This document shows positions 10,548 through 21,371 of a stretch of DNA of 64,000 nucleotides, piece by piece; position 1 is the stretch's first letter, and the number at the start of each line of letters is the position of its first letter. Below the pieces are notes generated by a model. That model searched no databases, was not told the DNA's origin, and saw only the letters and a program-made list of their open reading frames with translations. This stretch comes from Minisyncoccota bacterium (GTDB taxonomy: Bacteria; Patescibacteriota; Minisyncoccia; Phycocordibacterales; JACRKE01): assembly GCA_041660505.1 (NCBI GenBank), contig JBAZWG010000001.1:375183-439182 (forward strand), in the 5' to 3' direction. The position numbers were made by a program, and so were the translations under genes.

Positions 10548-11342
10548 ATGAACGAGCTATCTCCAGAATCGGCACACGACCAAGAGAGCGTCGAGAAAAA
10601 TGTGAAACAGATAGAGAGCCTTATCAGTATGATTATCGGCGTCGATATGAAGGAGCTGCAGGCGCTGGAAATAAATACCCTTGGCCACGAACTTTCCGAA
10701 ACCGAAAAACAATATAAAACAGACATTGTCGCTCATATAAAAGAGACTCGGTCGCTCGAGTTAACTTGTCGTAAACTTGTAGAAGACTTCCTGATAACCT
10801 TCCCCGTAGACCTAGGCTTCATTAATACAGTCAGACATATCATTTCACTCTCGGGCAAAGGTGATCCGACAGAGGATTTGGCAACGTATGTAAAAGATAA
10901 ACAAAAAGTCTGGAACAACAAACTTGATTTCGAACTTTCAGGTAAACAAACAATTACGGTTGATCTCGATGATAATAAAAAATTATTGGTAGAGAACAAC
11001 GGCAAATCGATCTTCTTTTCATGCGCTTTCGAACCGGCAATCTATAAACTTAATACCAAAGTCGGACCGAAGGAACCGATTAAAATAATGACTCGTAATT
11101 TGACAGACGCAGACTACGCGAAGATAGTCGAAACGATGAGGGGGCTCGAGGGATATATAGGTGGACTATTCAGAAATTATTGGGACTTATGTAAAAAAAC
11201 TGGTTCTGCCGACGCAGAAAAAGAAAAGAACGATATCGGTAAAGAAATATTACTGAAGACATGGAACACTCACGAGGCAGAGATAATCATAGCGAGCATG
11301 GAACTTTTGAGCCAGCACTTGTCAGAGCAGAGCCTGCATTAG
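10548..11342 (+). CDS. Hypothetical protein
   Basis: 264 aa ORF directly following the previous gene, no recognisable domain. Confidence 0.5.
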   Translation: MNELSPESAHDQESVEKNVKQIESLISMIIGVDMKELQALEINTLGHELSETEKQYKTDIVAHIKETRSLELTCRKLVEDFLITFPVDLGFINTVRHIISLSGKGDPTEDLATYVKDKQKVWNNKLDFELSGKQTITVDLDDNKKLLVENNGKSIFFSCAFEPAIYKLNTKVGPKEPIKIMTRNLTDADYAKIVETMRGLEGYIGGLFRNYWDLCKKTGSADAEKEKNDIGKEILLKTWNTHEAEIIIASMELLSQHLSEQSLH

Positions 11343-11353
11343 AACTTCGTTTG

Positions 11354-11424
11354 TGGACCTGGGGGGAATCGGACCCCCGCCTCAGCAATGCGAATGCTGC
11401 GTAATACCACTTTACTACAGGCCC
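11354..11424 (-). tRNA. tRNA-Ala (anticodon CGC)
   Basis: Reverse complement folds as a cloverleaf: acceptor GGGCCTG with G3:U70 (Ala identity pair), anticodon loop TTCGCAT, T-loop GGGGGTCCGATTCCCCC. Confidence 0.8.
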
Positions 11425-11511
11425 TAGCGTCCGTGTACTATACCGTGAAACTGGGCTGTATTCAAGCACACAGGGCAGTCTTCTGGGGCTCGCAGAAAAC
11501 TGCCCTGTGTG

Positions 11512-12756
11512 CTATGGCAGGAATTTCTTTTTTCGCAAAAGTTTGTGGTAGGCAATGGCGAAACGATGTGACTCGCTGTTGGCGAGGAGAATTGCATCGG
11601 ACTTGCCTAGTATATTTTTCTTCTCACCCAATATTTCTCGCGGCTTATGGCGTTCATCTTTTACTACGCTGACAACCGGAATAGTAAAACCTTTTTGTTC
11701 TAAAACTTCTTCAGCTGTATTTTTTTGCGGATAACCACCGTCGGTGACTATCAAATCCGGTAGTGGCCATTCGTCATGACCGAGCCTGCGCGTGAGCACC
11801 TCCTTCAAATTCGCAATGTCGTTCCCGCCCGACATTGCCTGCAGCTTCAGTCGCTGGCGGGCGGGCACACTGCCTTCGGCTAACTTTTTTATTTTGAATT
11901 TTCTGTAGCCAGACTTTTTTGCTATTCCGTTTTCAATGACGACCATGACGCCCACACTGTTTTTACCCGATAAGTGTGCAACGTCATACGCTTCTATTCT
12001 AAAATCAGAAGTATCGATATCTGTCTTAATCAAAGAAATATCGTGGATGTGTTGTAACGAAAAAATCTGTCGTTTTTTCTCTCCCGCCTTTTCAAAATCC
12101 TGCGCTTTTGAAAATTCAGCCATTTCTCGTTCGAGCAATTTAATAACTTTCTGTTTCTTACCTTCAAAAAAAAGTTTGATATTTCTGACGGTTTTCATGT
12201 ATTCCGTGCGCGTAACTTTACCAATACAAGTACCAGGACATACGCCCAATTCATAATCAAAACATGGACGCAATACTCCCCTCTCCTTCGGGGAGGGGTC
12301 GGGGGTGGGGTTGTGCGTATTAAAAGGAAATAATTTGCGAATTAATTCATACGCCGCGCGCAAACTTTGCGCACCGGGGAATGGCCCGTAGGTGCCCGCA
12401 CCGCGCGTGAGTAAAATTCTTGGGAACGGATCTCTTGTAATCGTCACATAAAGAAAGCTTTTATCATCTTTATCTTTTGTATTGTAAGGTGGCTGTAATT
12501 TCTTTATCATCTGCGCCTCGAGTATGAGCGCCTCAAGTACCGAATCTGTCTTCACATATCCGATAGTCGTCGCCTCGCCCACCATATTCACGATATGCGC
12601 ACCCCGCGTGTAACCAAGGTCGGATGAGAAATAACTCCGCACTCGTGAGCGCAGAGATGTCGCCTTGCCTACGTACAAAACCGTGGCACCTCGTTTGAAT
12701 AGGTACACCCCCGGCTCTCCGGGCAACTTAATATCCTTGAATTCTTGTATAGTCAT
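11512..12756 (-). CDS. uvrC: Excinuclease ABC subunit C-like (GIY-YIG N-terminus; carries family-2 element insertion)
   Basis: GIY-YIG motif (GVYLFK…LYVGKA…) and UvrC core; 414 aa, short for UvrC. Insertion encodes HNPTPDPSPKERG. Confidence 0.8.
   Translation of the reverse strand: MTIQEFKDIKLPGEPGVYLFKRGATVLYVGKATSLRSRVRSYFSSDLGYTRGAHIVNMVGEATTIGYVKTDSVLEALILEAQMIKKLQPPYNTKDKDDKSFLYVTITRDPFPRILLTRGAGTYGPFPGAQSLRAAYELIRKLFPFNTHNPTPDPSPKERGVLRPCFDYELGVCPGTCIGKVTRTEYMKTVRNIKLFFEGKKQKVIKLLEREMAEFSKAQDFEKAGEKKRQIFSLQHIHDISLIKTDIDTSDFRIEAYDVAHLSGKNSVGVMVVIENGIAKKSGYRKFKIKKLAEGSVPARQRLKLQAMSGGNDIANLKEVLTRRLGHDEWPLPDLIVTDGGYPQKNTAEEVLEQKGFTIPVVSVVKDERHKPREILGEKKNILGKSDAILLANSESHRFAIAYHKLLRKKKFLP
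12276..12313. repeat. Family-2 palindromic element (short form), in-frame inside uvrC
   Basis: cccctctcc-ttcg-gggagggg hairpin plus gggggtgggg tail. Same motif as 27412-27490 and 61900-61987. Confidence 0.7.
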
Positions 12757-12818
12757 CGTTGTTACAGTATCATATCTTTAGTTCCGATCAACAGGCCGAA
12801 TGAAAGGAGGTGAAATCC

Positions 12819-13007
12819 GTGGAGGATGTCATTATTGGCAAGGCCAAGCATCTCTGGAAGGATATCGGGAGCACCCGTCTCTCGAATCCGGAACTATCGG
12901 AGAAGGCCAGAGAGCTTCATGTTCGCCTGGCCGAAGACGGACATGTCGTTTCATTCCCGTTTGTCATGTCCGTTCTCTGCCTAGAATACTGGACAGAAAC
13001 GGGGTGA
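12819..13007 (+). CDS. Small hypothetical protein with perfect extended Shine-Dalgarno
   Basis: gaaaggaggtgaaatccGTG. SD is the full complement of the 16S 3' tail, GTG start, ~62 aa. Confidence 0.35.
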   Translation: MEDVIIGKAKHLWKDIGSTRLSNPELSEKARELHVRLAEDGHVVSFPFVMSVLCLEYWTETG

Positions 13008-13060
13008 CGGAATACCTGTTGAGCACGTCCCGACCCCAAAAAGGTCGGGCGCGCTTGTTA

Positions 13061-15634
13061 TTACTTCTTCAAATGTTTCTTTAAATATTTTCCGGTTTCG
13101 GATTTCGAATCGTTCGCAATGTCTTCTGGCGTGCCTTTGGCAATAACATGCCCGCCTTTGATACCGCCTTCTGGGCCAAGGTCGATGACCCAGTCTGCAG
13201 TCTTTATCACATCCAGGTTGTGTTCTATTACTACCACGGTGTTACCCCTGTCTACCAATCTGTTCAAGACTTTAAGCAAATTTTCGATATCGGCAAAGTG
13301 TAAACCGGTTGTCGGCTCATCAAGTAAGTATAAAGTCTTGGTCGTATCGCGCTTACCAAGTTCGGCCGAGAGCTTCACCCTTTGCGCTTCCCCACCGGAC
13401 AAGGTCGTAGCCGGCTGGCCGAGCTCGAGGTAGCCGAGGCCAACATCGTTCAAGATTTTTAATTTATCGTGCAACCATGGGATATCATCGAAGAACTTTT
13501 CCGCTTCTTCTATTGTCATCTTGAGTATCTGATAAATATTTTTCTTTTTATATTCTACTTCCAATGTTTCGCGATCGAAGCGCTTGCCTCGGCAAACGTC
13601 ACATTCTACATACACCGTAGGCAAGAAGTGCATCTCGATGGCGATAAGCCCGTGACCTTCACAGTTTTCGCAGCGTCCGCCGGGCACATTAAATGAGAAC
13701 CGGCCCGGCTTGTACCCACGCACGCGAGCGTCCTCTGTTGAGGCAAACATATCGCGAATGAATGTCCAAGCACCCACATAGGTGGCCGGGTTAGAACGTG
13801 GTGTCCTGCCTATCGCCGCTTGGTCGATAGTGATAACACGGTCGACGTATTCTGCACCAAGGAGCTCATGACATGGCTGTACTCCGACGCTTCGGTCGGA
13901 GCTGCTCGCGACGCTCGCGTGATATGGATCTTTCGAACGCATCATTTTATACAGCACATCGTATACAAGCGATGACTTGCCCGAGCCGGAGACGCCAGTC
14001 ACTGCCGTGATACGTCTTAACGGTATGTCTACATTTAAATTCTTTAAATTATTCGCCTTGGCTCCTCTAATTTTTAAATATGCGTGACCTTGTTTGATAT
14101 CACGGCGCTTGGGCACTTCTATCTTCATCTCTCCGCGCAAATATTTAAGTGTGGGCGAAGTTTGCTTTTTATCATCTATCAAGTCTGGCATCGGGCCTTC
14201 GGCAATTATCCTCCCACCGTGGATGCCGGCCGCTGGGCCAAAGTCGACTAAATGGTCAGACGACCAAATTGTATCTTCGTCATGCTCGACAACAATAATA
14301 GTGTTGCCAAGATCGCGCAGGTCGTGCAATGTTTTAATAAGCTTCGCATTATCGCGCTGGTGCAAACCTATGGTCGGCTCATCAAGCACGTATAAAGTGC
14401 CGGTTAATCGCGAGCCGACTTGTGAAGCAAGTCTTATTCTCTGCGCTTCCCCACCGGATAAACTGCCGGATTTTCTATCGAGCGTCAAATATTCCAACCC
14501 GACGTCTATCATAAATTTAAGTCTATTCTTGATTTCTTTTATCGGGACTTCTGTAATCTGCGTACCCTTCATGCCAGAGAAAAAAGTAAAAGCCGTATTA
14601 ATAGACATTTCAGAAATGCTCACAATATTTTTTTCTTTTATCAAAACATTCAGTGCCTCTTCGCGCAGGCGCTTGCCGTGACACTTGGGGCACACCTCAT
14701 CGCTCCAAACATCTTTGGTCCCCAAACCGTGGCAGACATCACAAGCGCCGTATGGACTATTGAAAGAAAAGAGGCGTGGCTCAATCTCGGGAAAAGTAAA
14801 ATTATCTTCCGGGCAGGTGAACTTTGACGACAAAAGTAACTCGGTCTTTCCCGTTACTATGTTTACCAGTTCATTTCCATATTTCAAAGCAGACTCAACC
14901 GCCTCAGATAATCTAAGTCTGTTTTCTTTATTACTAAAATCACTCATGGTCGGGATTTCGTCTACCACAAGCTCTATCGTGTGCGCTTTGTAACGAGACA
15001 AATTAATCCGTTCTTTAAGCGAATACCACTCGCCATCAACGCGCACCTCACGAAAGCCAGCATTTAGGAAATCGTAGAGCATCTGATAGTACTCCCCCTT
15101 GCGCCCGCGCACCGCCGGAGCCATAATCTTTATCGAATCGTAAGAATTTTTTACGAGTTGCTTGAGCGTTTTTGAGTTGTCCGAGGTCTCGCCTCGGACA
15201 TGAGAAAATTCGATAATCGCATCCACGATTTGCTCGTTTGTAAGCTTTTTAATCTCCCGACCACAGGTTGGGCAGAATGGCGTACCCGCACGTGCGAACA
15301 AGACGCGCAGATAGTCGTAAATTTCTGTTGTCGTCGCCACTGTGGAACGTGGATTGTGCGAATGGCTCTTCTGATCAATAGAAATAGACGGCGAGAGTCC
15401 ATCTATCTCATCAACGTCCGGCTTATCTAATTTCCCCAAGAATTGCCGCGCATAAGCAGAAAGAGACTCGATATATCGGCGCTGGCCCTCGGCAAATATG
15501 GTGTCGAAGGCGAGAGAAGACTTACCCGAGCCCGAAAGGCCGGTAAAAACGGTCATCTTCCCACGCGGTATCTCTAAATTCACATTCTTGAGATTATGCT
15601 CCCGCGCGCCTTTAATTATGATTTTGTCTTGCAT
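13061..15634 (-). CDS. uvrA: Excinuclease ABC subunit A
   Basis: 857 aa. Two ABC ATPase modules ([10 protein letters not shown]; [11 protein letters not shown]), zinc-finger Cys pairs, LSGGEAQR signatures. Confidence 0.95.
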   Translation of the reverse strand: MQDKIIIKGAREHNLKNVNLEIPRGKMTVFTGLSGSGKSSLAFDTIFAEGQRRYIESLSAYARQFLGKLDKPDVDEIDGLSPSISIDQKSHSHNPRSTVATTTEIYDYLRVLFARAGTPFCPTCGREIKKLTNEQIVDAIIEFSHVRGETSDNSKTLKQLVKNSYDSIKIMAPAVRGRKGEYYQMLYDFLNAGFREVRVDGEWYSLKERINLSRYKAHTIELVVDEIPTMSDFSNKENRLRLSEAVESALKYGNELVNIVTGKTELLLSSKFTCPEDNFTFPEIEPRLFSFNSPYGACDVCHGLGTKDVWSDEVCPKCHGKRLREEALNVLIKEKNIVSISEMSINTAFTFFSGMKGTQITEVPIKEIKNRLKFMIDVGLEYLTLDRKSGSLSGGEAQRIRLASQVGSRLTGTLYVLDEPTIGLHQRDNAKLIKTLHDLRDLGNTIIVVEHDEDTIWSSDHLVDFGPAAGIHGGRIIAEGPMPDLIDDKKQTSPTLKYLRGEMKIEVPKRRDIKQGHAYLKIRGAKANNLKNLNVDIPLRRITAVTGVSGSGKSSLVYDVLYKMMRSKDPYHASVASSSDRSVGVQPCHELLGAEYVDRVITIDQAAIGRTPRSNPATYVGAWTFIRDMFASTEDARVRGYKPGRFSFNVPGGRCENCEGHGLIAIEMHFLPTVYVECDVCRGKRFDRETLEVEYKKKNIYQILKMTIEEAEKFFDDIPWLHDKLKILNDVGLGYLELGQPATTLSGGEAQRVKLSAELGKRDTTKTLYLLDEPTTGLHFADIENLLKVLNRLVDRGNTVVVIEHNLDVIKTADWVIDLGPEGGIKGGHVIAKGTPEDIANDSKSETGKYLKKHLKK

Positions 15635-15756
15635 ATACTTTTAACTTTAAAACTTTCTACTTTTTAACTAAAAACAGCCCCTGTTTTAGATCCCTAGGGG
15701 TATATTCACGCCAGACAGTATACCACACAATAACCGTTGACTAAAGCGTCCTTGGC

Positions 15757-16056
15757 TTGTACTATCAACTAATTACAGATCTATTCATTCACGTTTTTCG
15801 ACCAAAAAGGACGGTTCTGATGAGGGCAACTCTAACCGGAGTTTGTGCGCTGACGGCCATCACCCTCGGCGGCACACTGGCAATCGTGGCATACGCACTT
15901 GCCGCGACAGCGATACCGCTGCTTCAGGGCGACCATCTGGCGAGAGCCTACGACGAGTTGTCTCAATTTTTCCGGATAAGCGACAGCCTCATTGGTGTCG
16001 CACTCTGGATTCCGATTTGGTTCATTTTCGAGCAACTCAACCCCCGGCGCGAATGA
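15757..16056 (+). CDS. Small hypothetical membrane protein
   Basis: 99 aa ORF with hydrophobic segments; start uncertain (internal Met at ~15817). Confidence 0.3.
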   Translation: MYYQLITDLFIHVFRPKRTVLMRATLTGVCALTAITLGGTLAIVAYALAATAIPLLQGDHLARAYDELSQFFRISDSLIGVALWIPIWFIFEQLNPRRE

Positions 16057-16136
16057 ATTGAAAATAGCCCCCTGTCCGATTACAGCCTGAACTAGAGAGC
16101 CAGGTATGTCGTCGGCAGGGGGCTACGCGTTTCTTG

Positions 16137-16883
16137 CTATTCTGGAGTAAGACCCCAAAGAATGTCGAAGATAACCTTAAAGGCAGTGACTATTTCCGGA
16201 ATAGCAATAATAATAGCTACAGGATTTGTATGGCTCAAAACCAGCACTTTATCATCATGGATGTCCAAACTATCTTGGAATTGATATCCTTCCGGCAGGT
16301 AGCGTGATTCGCGCAATAGTTGCGGGTCGGCAGGGTCACCGCTACGTGAGTCGGCAGTCAGTAACAATTTCGTACTGATTCCCCGCGCACTGCGCTCATA
16401 ACGAAACTTAAGAAAAAAATCTGGGTCGATTGATTCCCATGTCATCGAGGAAATAATCCGATACCAGCGATCTTTTTTCGATTTTGTCTCATATTCATCC
16501 AAAAGTGATTCGTAGAAAGCTGTAATCTCCTTCTTCCCTTCCAGGTATCTGATTCCCAGCTTCTCGGTTTTAATTTTTTCCTGAGTCGGCAAGGTTGGAA
16601 TAAGAGTCTCGAATAGATTCAGCTTCCTGGAAAAAGCACGCGCCAACCACTCCGGCCGTTGGGCGGCATAATTTCGCTTCCCATTCTTAAAATAGACATT
16701 AACCACACCTTTTTCTGCTAATCCCTGCAAGATAGGGTAGATTGTCGTGCGCCTTAGGCCGATCTCTTTGGCCACCGCCGACGCCTGCGAGGCACCGAGT
16801 TTAAGAAGGGCCAAATAGGCCTGTGCCTCTTGCTCGCCCAACCCTAGATTCTTCAATGCCCTGGTTTGTTCGTGATAAGTCAT
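16137..16883 (-). CDS. TrmB-family transcriptional regulator (copy 1), divergent from the Cys-rich protein gene
   Basis: N-terminal wHTH LGLGEQEAQAYLALLKLGASQASAVAKEIGLRRTTIYPILQGLAEKGVV typical of TrmB, plus C-terminal TrmB-like domain. Confidence 0.8.
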   Translation of the reverse strand: MTYHEQTRALKNLGLGEQEAQAYLALLKLGASQASAVAKEIGLRRTTIYPILQGLAEKGVVNVYFKNGKRNYAAQRPEWLARAFSRKLNLFETLIPTLPTQEKIKTEKLGIRYLEGKKEITAFYESLLDEYETKSKKDRWYRIISSMTWESIDPDFFLKFRYERSARGISTKLLLTADSRSGDPADPQLLRESRYLPEGYQFQDSLDIHDDKVLVLSHTNPVAIIIAIPEIVTAFKVIFDILWGLTPE

Positions 16884-17012
16884 GGTTTAATAGTGTCAAA
16901 ATATTACTACACTTTTAATATTACCGATAATAGCTATATTTTACAAGTATATATTCAAGCATCATTGTTTACAGCTATTTACATAATATACATAATATAT
17001 AATACTAGCGGT

Positions 17013-18704
17013 ATGAATAAAGAAACTAAACAGTGTCAGAATTGCAAAAATAATTTTGCCATCGAACCCGAAGACTTTGCATTTTATGAAAAAATGCAGG
17101 TCCCGGCACCGACTTTCTGCCCTGAGTGCAGGATAATACGGCGATTCAGTTGGAGGAACGAGCGGTCATTGACGCGCAGACCTTGCGGTATTTGCAAGAA
17201 GCCGGTAGTTGCGATTTACTCGGAAACAAATCCTTTTCCCGTATATTGCCGAGATTGCTGGTGGTCGGACAAGTGGGATAGCAGTGACTATGGTCGGGAT
17301 TATGATTTTTCAAAACCATTTTTTTCTCAGTTCATGGAACTTTACAATCAAGTTCCGAAGGTGAACCTTTTCGGACAAAACAACGTGAACTCGGACTATT
17401 CCACCAATGTTTGGAATTGCAAAAATTGTTACCTGTGCACCTCAACGCTGAACTGTGAAGACATATTCTATTCTCGAGGGATGGATGCAAGCTTCTGGTG
17501 TGGCGATTGCCTGCATGTCTCAAAAGGTAATCATGCGTATGAATGCGTAGACTCCTCGAATGTTAATTCGAATTCGTTTCTCTCTGATTCATCCGATTGC
17601 GTTAATTCTCACTTTCTCTTTGACTCGCGCAATTGTTCGGACTGTTTCATGTCGGGTAACCTGCGTAACCGCCGCTTCGTGTTCCGTAATGAACAATGTT
17701 CCGAGGCAGACTACCGGGAGAAAATGGCGCAGATACAGATGAATAGCTACACGATGCTGCTGTCGCTCATTGAGGAATTTGAAAAGGTGAAACGGTCATC
17801 CATACACAGGTTTGCCAAGATACTAAAGAGTAACGACTGTACCGGCAATTCTATTTCTAATTCCCATAATGTAAAGGACAGTTTTTACATCGCCTCCGAC
17901 GGCGAGCACGTGAAGTATTGCTACCGTGGCCATCATATCACCGACGCGTATGACTCATCATTTGTCATCGAGGCCGAAATGGTGTATGAAAATTTGAACA
18001 TCGGCTACGGTGCTACTCGTTCCAAGTTCTGCACCAATATTACGTACAGCATACACGATGTGTCCTATTCCGATGCTTGCTATACCTCATCCGACCTATT
18101 CGGATGCGCAGGGCTGCGCGACAAGAAATACTGTATTCTCAATAAGCAGTATTCGAAAGAAGACTACGAGGCGCTCGTACCGAAAATTATTGAGCATATG
18201 AAGAGCACAGGTGAATATGGCGAATTTTTCCCCACCGCTCTTTCACCTTTTGCCTACAATGAAACGCTCGCACAAGAATATTACCCACTCTCAAAAGACG
18301 AGGTTTTGGCAAGAGGTTACCGGTGGAAAGAATCCGATGCCAAGAAATACGCGATAACCAAAGGTTCGAATGATCTGCCGAACGATATCAAAGATGTTCC
18401 GGATACGATAATCAAAGAGGTCATCATGTGTGCGCACAAGGACAAAGACTGCAACGAAATGTGCGCCACAGCATTTAGAATAATTCCGGCAGAATTAGAG
18501 TTGTATCGTAAAATGGGGTTACCGCTTCCTCGTCTCTGCCCCAACTGCCGCCATTTTGCCCGATTACAGAAAACCGTCCCGCTCAAACTCTGGAAACGGT
18601 CATGCATGAAACCGGGATGTATTAACGAATTTGAAACTTCATATGCACCTGATAAACCCGAGATCGTATATTGCGAATCTTGTTACCAGCAGGAAGTCAG
18701 CTAA
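17013..18704 (+). CDS. Large Cys-rich multi-zinc-ribbon protein, paralog A (unknown function)
   Basis: 563 aa from MNKETKQCQNC. CxxC-x17-CPxCR modules at both ends, central Cys/Asn/Ser repeat region. Clear paralog of 43573-45324. Confidence 0.75.
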   Translation: MNKETKQCQNCKNNFAIEPEDFAFYEKMQVPAPTFCPECRIIRRFSWRNERSLTRRPCGICKKPVVAIYSETNPFPVYCRDCWWSDKWDSSDYGRDYDFSKPFFSQFMELYNQVPKVNLFGQNNVNSDYSTNVWNCKNCYLCTSTLNCEDIFYSRGMDASFWCGDCLHVSKGNHAYECVDSSNVNSNSFLSDSSDCVNSHFLFDSRNCSDCFMSGNLRNRRFVFRNEQCSEADYREKMAQIQMNSYTMLLSLIEEFEKVKRSSIHRFAKILKSNDCTGNSISNSHNVKDSFYIASDGEHVKYCYRGHHITDAYDSSFVIEAEMVYENLNIGYGATRSKFCTNITYSIHDVSYSDACYTSSDLFGCAGLRDKKYCILNKQYSKEDYEALVPKIIEHMKSTGEYGEFFPTALSPFAYNETLAQEYYPLSKDEVLARGYRWKESDAKKYAITKGSNDLPNDIKDVPDTIIKEVIMCAHKDKDCNEMCATAFRIIPAELELYRKMGLPLPRLCPNCRHFARLQKTVPLKLWKRSCMKPGCINEFETSYAPDKPEIVYCESCYQQEVS

Positions 18705-20800
18705 ACTTTTTTATCTTTCTCCGCCTCCTTCCCCAGTTCATGCAGATCTTTCGTGAGCGTCTTTACTTCATCGCGCAGGAGCGCGGCGAGTTCAAAGTCT
18801 AGTTGTTTGGCCGCTTCTTTCATCTCTCTTTCTTTTTCTTTAATTAATTTCTCTAACGCTCTGGTTGTTTTTGGTACTGGCTTTAATTCCAGATTCAAAA
18901 CCTCTTCCGGCAAGATATCTTTTATCTCTTTGATAATAGTCTTGGGCGTGATGCCATGCTCTTTGTTATATGCGAGCTGTAAGGTACGGCGCTTGTTGGT
19001 CACGTCGAGCGCCTTCTGCATCGAGCCGGTCATAATGTCGCCGTAGAGAATGACTTGCCCCGACACATTGCGCGCCGCACGGCCGATAGTCTGAATGAGC
19101 GATGTTTCGCTTCGCAAGAATCCTTCTTTGTCGGCATCGAGTATCGCGACGAGAGAAACTTCCGGCAGGTCGAGACCCTCGCGAAGTAAGTTTACGCCCA
19201 CCAGCACGTCATACTTCCCTTTCCGGAATTCTGTAAGTATTTTTATTCTATCAAAAGTTTTTACATCGCTATGCAGATAGGCCGCTTTATATTTCTTCTC
19301 TTCCAAGTAGGCGCTCAAGTCCTCCGCCATCTTCTTGGTTAAGGTCGTTATCATTATTCTCTCTTTTTTCAGAATAACCGGATCAAGTCTTTTCTTTAAG
19401 TCCTCGATTTGTCCGCGCGCCGGAGACAAAATAATTTCGGGGTCAACCAGCCCAGTCGGTCGAATAATTTGTTCCGCGACCTGCGCGCTTTCCTTCAGCT
19501 CTTCTTCGCCCGGCGTAGCCGAGGTATATACCACTTGGCCGATCTTCGCCTCAAATTCTTCATAGCGCAAAGGCCGATTCTCGGCGGCAGAAGGAAGTCT
19601 GAAGCCGTACTCAATCAATGTCTTTTTGCGCGCCTGATCGCCAAAGTACATCCCGCGTATCTGGGGCAGTGTGATATGCGACTCGTCGATAATAGTGAGG
19701 AAGTCGGGAAACGGAGCGAGGCCATTCCCTCGTGAAGTTGACGAGGAGAGACCTCCTCCTGCCGCCCGATTGGCGGCTTGGGTCGTCGGAGGACTCACCT
19801 CATCAACTTGGGGAAAGTACGAGAGTAAGGAGTCAGGTGAGTCGCCTGGTTGCCTACCAGACAGATGCATCGAATAATTCTCGATACCACTGCAATATCC
19901 CACTTCACGGATCATCGCGAGGTCAAACTTGGTGCGACGTTCGATACGTTCTGCTTCGAGAAGTTTCCCTTCTTTTTCAAACTTTGCGAGCTGGGTTTTG
20001 AGTTCTGCCTGTATAGCTTTAATCGCACGCTCACGGTCAACACCTTCTGTAATGAAATGCTTAGCCGGCGCTATAGCCACAGTATCAACACTCGGTGTTG
20101 ATTTGGTCACGCCTTCCACGGGGTTAATCGCCAATATTTCAGAAATATAACCGTTCTGGACGCGCAAGTTATAAATAACCTCCTCATTCGCCGGCATTAT
20201 CTCCCATTGGTCACCACGGAGGCGGAATGTCCCGCGCGTTAGGTCTGCTGTCGTGCGCTTGAATTGGAGATTAATCAGTTTTTTTACTAAACTTGCGCGC
20301 TCTATCGCTAACCCAACATTAAAGAATAAAATATTCTCGCGATAGCGCTCCGGCGCACCGAGGCCGTAGATGCATGATACCGACGCCACTATTATCGTAT
20401 CTTTACGCGTAAGTAACGACATCGTCGCCGCGTGACGCAAACGGTCTATCTCCTCGTTAATCATCGCTTCTTTCTCTATATAAGTGTCAGTGATGGGCAT
20501 ATAAGCCTCGGGCTGGTAGTAGTCGTAATAGGAGACAAAGTAATGCACGGCGTTATTAGGGAATAATTCTCGAAATTCGTTACAGAGCTGAGCGGCGAGA
20601 GTCTTATTGTGCGCAATAACCAAGGTCGGCTTCCTCGCCTGTGCGATAACATTAGCCATTGTGAACGTCTTGCCACTACCGGTCACGCCGAGCAAGGTCT
20701 GCTTGGCCATACCCGCGTCTAAGCCAGCCACAAGCTTATTTATGGCCTTAGGCTGGTCGCCTGCCGGGGCATGTTTGGACTTAAGGTCGAAAATAGGCAT
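18701..20800 (-). CDS. uvrB: Excinuclease ABC subunit B (carries family-1 element insertion)
   Basis: 699 aa; helicase motifs GVTGSGKT, DESH, C-terminal UvrB/UvrC-interaction coiled coil. ~21 aa in-frame insert …SPPTTQAANRAAGGGLSSSTS… between YFP and DFL. Confidence 0.95.
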   Translation of the reverse strand: MPIFDLKSKHAPAGDQPKAINKLVAGLDAGMAKQTLLGVTGSGKTFTMANVIAQARKPTLVIAHNKTLAAQLCNEFRELFPNNAVHYFVSYYDYYQPEAYMPITDTYIEKEAMINEEIDRLRHAATMSLLTRKDTIIVASVSCIYGLGAPERYRENILFFNVGLAIERASLVKKLINLQFKRTTADLTRGTFRLRGDQWEIMPANEEVIYNLRVQNGYISEILAINPVEGVTKSTPSVDTVAIAPAKHFITEGVDRERAIKAIQAELKTQLAKFEKEGKLLEAERIERRTKFDLAMIREVGYCSGIENYSMHLSGRQPGDSPDSLLSYFPQVDEVSPPTTQAANRAAGGGLSSSTSRGNGLAPFPDFLTIIDESHITLPQIRGMYFGDQARKKTLIEYGFRLPSAAENRPLRYEEFEAKIGQVVYTSATPGEEELKESAQVAEQIIRPTGLVDPEIILSPARGQIEDLKKRLDPVILKKERIMITTLTKKMAEDLSAYLEEKKYKAAYLHSDVKTFDRIKILTEFRKGKYDVLVGVNLLREGLDLPEVSLVAILDADKEGFLRSETSLIQTIGRAARNVSGQVILYGDIMTGSMQKALDVTNKRRTLQLAYNKEHGITPKTIIKEIKDILPEEVLNLELKPVPKTTRALEKLIKEKEREMKEAAKQLDFELAALLRDEVKTLTKDLHELGKEAEKDKKV
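19743..19801. repeat. Family-1 palindromic element in-frame inside uvrB
   Basis: gaggagagacctcc-(31 nt)-ggaggactcacctc. Confidence 0.8.
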
Positions 20801-20822
20801 ACGTTTGCCTATTATAACACAG

Positions 20823-21224
20823 TTATTTTAAAGGGTGTTTTTCCTCGAGTTTCCTCTTTATTTCGTCAATTCCCTTCTGTATTAAATCTCCTTCAAGGTC
20901 TAGTACCGGCAAATCGATAAATTCGACTTTTTCCATACTGTCTTTCTTTGCAGGAGTGCTTTTTATTATTATGTGATATGAGGCGACGTTATTCACAAGG
21001 TAGGAAAGGGCTTTTTTCCTCAATTCTTCATCCGGCAAACTTCTCCCGCCTAGTAAATTTTGCACGACAAAATCAATCGCCTTGTCGCATAATTCCACGA
21101 TCATAGGCGTTACTTCATCTGCATCGAACGACCCCATCAGCCAATTAACTCGCTTGTTCAGCTTGCTTATTTTTTCATTCCAATCCGACTTATCTATTTC
21201 CGGTGATATCGCCTCTTCATTCAT
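20823..21224 (-). CDS. Hypothetical protein
   Basis: 133 aa ORF, no recognisable domain. Confidence 0.45.
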   Translation of the reverse strand: MNEEAISPEIDKSDWNEKISKLNKRVNWLMGSFDADEVTPMIVELCDKAIDFVVQNLLGGRSLPDEELRKKALSYLVNNVASYHIIIKSTPAKKDSMEKVEFIDLPVLDLEGDLIQKGIDEIKRKLEEKHPLK

Positions 21225-21252
21225 AATGTGTTACAGTGTAGCATACTTTTTG

Positions 21253-21323
21253 CGGGCTGTAGTATACCGGTAGTACGCGTCCATGGGGTGGATGTAGACC
21301 GGGTTCGATTCCCGGCAGCCCGA
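21253..21323 (+). tRNA. tRNA-Pro (anticodon GGG)
   Basis: Hand-folded cloverleaf: acceptor CGGGCTG/CAGCCCG, D-loop ACCGGTA, anticodon loop ATGGGGT, T-loop TTCGATT. Confidence 0.8.
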
Positions 21324-21337
21324 ACGAAAACAAAAAA

Positions 21338-21368
21338 CCGCTCATGATTTGAGCGGTTTTTTGTTTTT
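21338..21368. terminator. Bidirectional intrinsic terminator
   Basis: aaaaaa-ccgctca-tgattt-gagcgg-ttttttgttttt between tRNA-Pro(+) and the SIMPL gene(-). Confidence 0.7.
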
Positions 21369-21371
21369 AAT

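Noticed and set aside
16866-17012. Upstream extension of Cys-rich paralog A from ATG 16866
   Set aside because: The extension overlaps the divergent TrmB gene and encodes an AT-rich Ile/Tyr repeat. The paralog B alignment and the CxxC start support the internal ATG at 17013
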